Assembly: GCA_964588165.1 (NCBI GenBank)
Contig: CAZPMS010000005.1
Span: forward strand, 69,411-112,020
Direction: 5' to 3'
Length of the DNA: 42,610 bases
Origin: an uncultured Gammaproteobacteria bacterium
Lineage (GTDB): Bacteria; Patescibacteriota; Patescibacteriia; UBA1558; UBA10009
Shown: positions 40,821 through 42,610 of the stretch, one piece after another
Layout of the letters: every line of letters starts with the position of its first letter
Numbering within the stretch: position 1 is the stretch's first letter
Translations under genes and position numbers: made by a program
Notes under the pieces: model-generated
What the model was told of the DNA's origin: nothing
Databases searched by the model: none
Seen by the model: the letters and a program-made list of their open reading frames with translations, nothing else

Positions 40821-41051
40821 ATGACTGAAAAAATAGTAAAAATTAAGGTAATTTCCAGATCCAGCATTGCATATATTCAGGAGAATTTAATGGGTGAGCT
40901 AAGGGTGAAAGTTAAATCCCCTCCTGTTGGTGGCCAGGCTAATCAGGAAGTTGTTGAATTATTGGCAAAATACTATAATGTTTCTAAGAGTAATATAGAA
41001 ATAATAAGGGGAAGAATTTCAAAAAATAAAGAAATTAGAGTTATTTATTAA
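40821..41051 (+). CDS. DUF167/YggU-family protein
   Basis: 76 aa. VKVKSPPVGGQANQEVVELLAKYYNVSKSNIEIIRGRISKNKEIRV is the typical YggU pattern. Confidence 0.75.
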   Translation: MTEKIVKIKVISRSSIAYIQENLMGELRVKVKSPPVGGQANQEVVELLAKYYNVSKSNIEIIRGRISKNKEIRVIY

Positions 41052-41109
41052 GGTATTTACAAATAAGTAAATTTTGGTTATAATCGCTAAAGATTAAAGA
41101 AAAGTGATT

Positions 41110-41388
41110 ATGTATTATGTATATATTTTATTAAGTTATGAGGATTTTGGTATTTATACAGGCTGTACTAGTAATTTAAATAGAAGGCTGAAACAGCATA
41201 AATTAGGGCTTGTAGAATCAACTAAAAATAGATTACCCTTTAAATTAATATATTTTGAGGGATATTTATTTAAAAATCAGGCTTTTAAAAGAGAAAAATA
41301 TTTAAAAACTGGTTGGGGTAGATATTATATTAGTAAAGTTATTGGAGGTACAAAGAGTCATCTAGATAAAGATGGCCCGCTCGCCTAA
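41110..41388 (+). CDS. GIY-YIG nuclease family protein (UPF0213/YhbQ-like), paralog of 14805-15101
   Basis: The ORF-track start 41104 is GTG. ATG at 41110 gives MYYVYILLSYEDFGIYTGCTSNLNRRLKQHKLG. The 3' end runs into a hairpin that overlaps the start of tRNA-Gly. Confidence 0.8.
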   Translation: MYYVYILLSYEDFGIYTGCTSNLNRRLKQHKLGLVESTKNRLPFKLIYFEGYLFKNQAFKREKYLKTGWGRYYISKVIGGTKSHLDKDGPLA

Positions 41389-41415
41389 ATTTTCGCAGAG
41401 CGAAAGTTTTGGCGA

Positions 41416-41492
41416 GCGAGTGTAGTTCAGTTGGCTAGAACGTTTCCTTGCCAAGGAAAAGGTCGCCGGTTCGAATCCGGTCACTCGCTCCA
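41416..41492 (+). tRNA. tRNA-Gly (anticodon GCC), CCA encoded
   Basis: Manual cloverleaf. Acceptor GCGAGTG/CACTCGC, D arm GTTC..GAAC, anticodon stem TTTCC/GGAAA with loop TTGCCAA, T arm GCCGG-TTCGAAT-CCGGT, discriminator U. 77 nt. Confidence 0.9.
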
Positions 41493-41495
41493 TCG

Positions 41496-41627
41496 GGTTA
41501 TTATTCACTTCAGGTTTCGCATCCGAATAAATTCGAATGCTTTACCTTTCGTGAATATCCCCCTCTTCAGCCCGCCTATAGGTGGGCTGACAAAATTTAC
41601 CTTTGGTAAATTTTGAGAGGAATAACC
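41496..41627 (+). ncRNA. Candidate structured RNA or processed spacer between tRNA-Gly and tRNA-Leu (unassigned family)
   Basis: Nested helices read by eye. GGTTATT (41496-41502) with AATAACC (41621-41627). A long interrupted hairpin spans 41504-41555. CAGCCCGCC-TATA-GGTGGGCTG at 41568-41589. AAATTTACC-TTT-GGTAAATTT at 41593-41613. Confidence 0.3.
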
Positions 41628-41691
41628 GCGTGGAAGCTGAAATTATTGGCTCTTAAGCCAAAAATGAAAGCTGGAGCACGGTTATGACGAG

Positions 41692-41778
41692 CCGTGGTGG
41701 CGGAATTGGTAGACGCGCTGGACTTAAAATCCAGTGGGAGCAATCCCGTGAGAGTTCGAGTCTCTCCCGCGGCACCAG
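41692..41778 (+). tRNA. tRNA-Leu (anticodon TAA), long variable arm, CCA encoded
   Basis: Acceptor GCCGTGG/CCGCGGC. Anticodon stem CTGGA/TCCAG with loop CTTAAAA. Variable arm GTGGGAGCAATCCCGT. T arm GAGAG-TTCGAGT-CTCTC. 87 nt. Confidence 0.9.
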
Positions 41779-41955
41779 CGAATTATTTTAATAATTTCCA
41801 GTAGTAATACTGGAAAAATAAAAAATCTTCCTATTTTAAGGTTTGACCAATAATTGGTTATTCCGGAAGGGAAGTAAACATTGTTTATTTGCGTGAAAGT
41901 TCTCTTTTTATTAATAAAGGAGTTGAGCTACGCAAATATAAATAGTTTATATGGG

Positions 41956-41988
41956 CACCTCGCCAATTTGGCGGGGTGTTCTTTTTTT
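41956..41988 (+). terminator. Strong orphan intrinsic terminator
   Basis: CACCTCGCC (41956-41964) pairs with GGCGGGGTG (41970-41978) for 9 bp including one G-U, followed by TTCTTTTTTT. No annotated CDS lies upstream on this strand. Confidence 0.75.
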
Positions 41989-42342
41989 AGCTAGCTTTAG
42001 TAACATTTGACATTTTTTTTGACATTAACTAAGATAAAGATAGCAATAAGTGACGGCTCTAAAAATTGCGCCGTCGCATAATAGTTAAATTACCTATTTT
42101 AAAGGAAAAAATGACTAAAGTTAGGGCTTTTTTCAAAAATAAGTACTGAATTATAGTCAAAATAGAATTGTTAGTTATTTGTTAAAAACAAGATATATAG
42201 TAATAAACAGCACAAAGTAGTTATTTTTTAGAGTTTATTTGATCTAAAAATAGATTATTTAAAATTTTATTTATGCAAAATAAAAAAATAAGCTTTATAA
42301 AAAGCTTAAAAAATAAATATTGGCTCAATAAAATGCTGAAAG

Positions 42343-42576
42343 ATGTTAGAAAAAGTTTTTATAAAAACCAAAAATCCCATTGGGTTACCTCAGGGATTCC
42401 TGGCGAAAAGCGATTTTGATGCTTTCCTCCAAGGTATAAATACTTTGGAGGATAGCCTCAAGTACATTATAGATGTCATTTTAAAGATGTCAAGAGTAAA
42501 GTTTATCTTTAACAGAAAGGGTTACATAATAATTAAAGGTTATAAAGTAGGTTTGCTAAAATTAGTCTCTTTATAG
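42343..42576 (+). CDS. Hypothetical protein, weakly supported
   Basis: 77-aa ORF with no recognisable motif. A 49-codon ORF in another frame (42273-42422) overlaps its start, so a frameshifted or mis-called gene is possible. Confidence 0.25.
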   Translation: MLEKVFIKTKNPIGLPQGFLAKSDFDAFLQGINTLEDSLKYIIDVILKMSRVKFIFNRKGYIIIKGYKVGLLKLVSL

Positions 42577-42610
42577 CTTAAAGGAAAAGTGATTATGAAT
42601 TTGAACAAAG

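Noticed and set aside
41431-41616. 61-aa ORF (MARTFPCQGKGRRFESGHSLH...)
   Set aside because: Its first third is the translated tRNA-Gly gene. The remainder is the structured spacer.
41862-41874. SRP (4.5S) RNA, suggested by TCCGGAAGGGAAG, which resembles the CC-GGAA-GG tetraloop region
   Set aside because: The flanking strands do not form the conserved helix 8 symmetric and asymmetric loops (no AGCA/GGAAGCAGC equivalents). The pairing I could draw was poor.
42273-42422. 49-codon ORF (MQNKKISFIKSLKNKYWLNK...) overlapping the start of 42343-42576
   Set aside because: I could not decide which frame, if either, is real. Both are AT-rich, motif-less and close to the window edge.

Overview
AT-rich (about 30-37% GC by spot counts), standard-code bacterial chromosome segment around the replication origin. 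The backbone reads: class A PBP, then dnaA-dnaN on the minus strand with an AT-rich DnaA-box spacer, then rpmH-rnpA-yidD-yidC on the plus strand. Three parS-like palindromes lie within 17 kb of dnaA. Further backbone genes are trxB, trxA, gdh, rnhB, yraN, nusA, an H+-pyrophosphatase, tig, nfo, a YhhQ-type transporter, an AbrB/RelE toxin-antitoxin pair, an IMPase and four tRNAs with encoded CCA. Gene content and style (small genes, two TrmB-like regulators, a PBP with Ig-like tail, GIY-YIG genes beside tRNAs, no Shine-Dalgarno on housekeeping genes) suggest a small-genome Patescibacteria/CPR-like organism; this is inference only. The main unexplained signal is about nine short, self-contained cassettes holding 12 ORFs. 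Each ORF has a canonical GGAGG-type SD, most have a TTGACA-N17-TAnnnT promoter and a hairpin terminator, and all sit in visibly GC-richer sequence within an SD-less backbone. Several cassettes share a promoter module carrying the palindrome GCTAATATTAG and lie next to the TrmB-like regulators or the parS-like sites. A second signal is a GIY-YIG gene bracketed by an intact tRNA-Ala and a 45-nt duplicate of its 3' part, with a paralogous GIY-YIG gene abutting tRNA-Gly. Other items are hairpin-forming GC-rich intergenic repeats (two bracket nfo), a structured 200-nt spacer between tRNA-Gly and tRNA-Leu, and a pair of GC-rich secreted orphan proteins. No CRISPR array, rRNA, transposase or integrase was seen. 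All functional calls rest on motif recognition by eye; no searches or folding programs were run.
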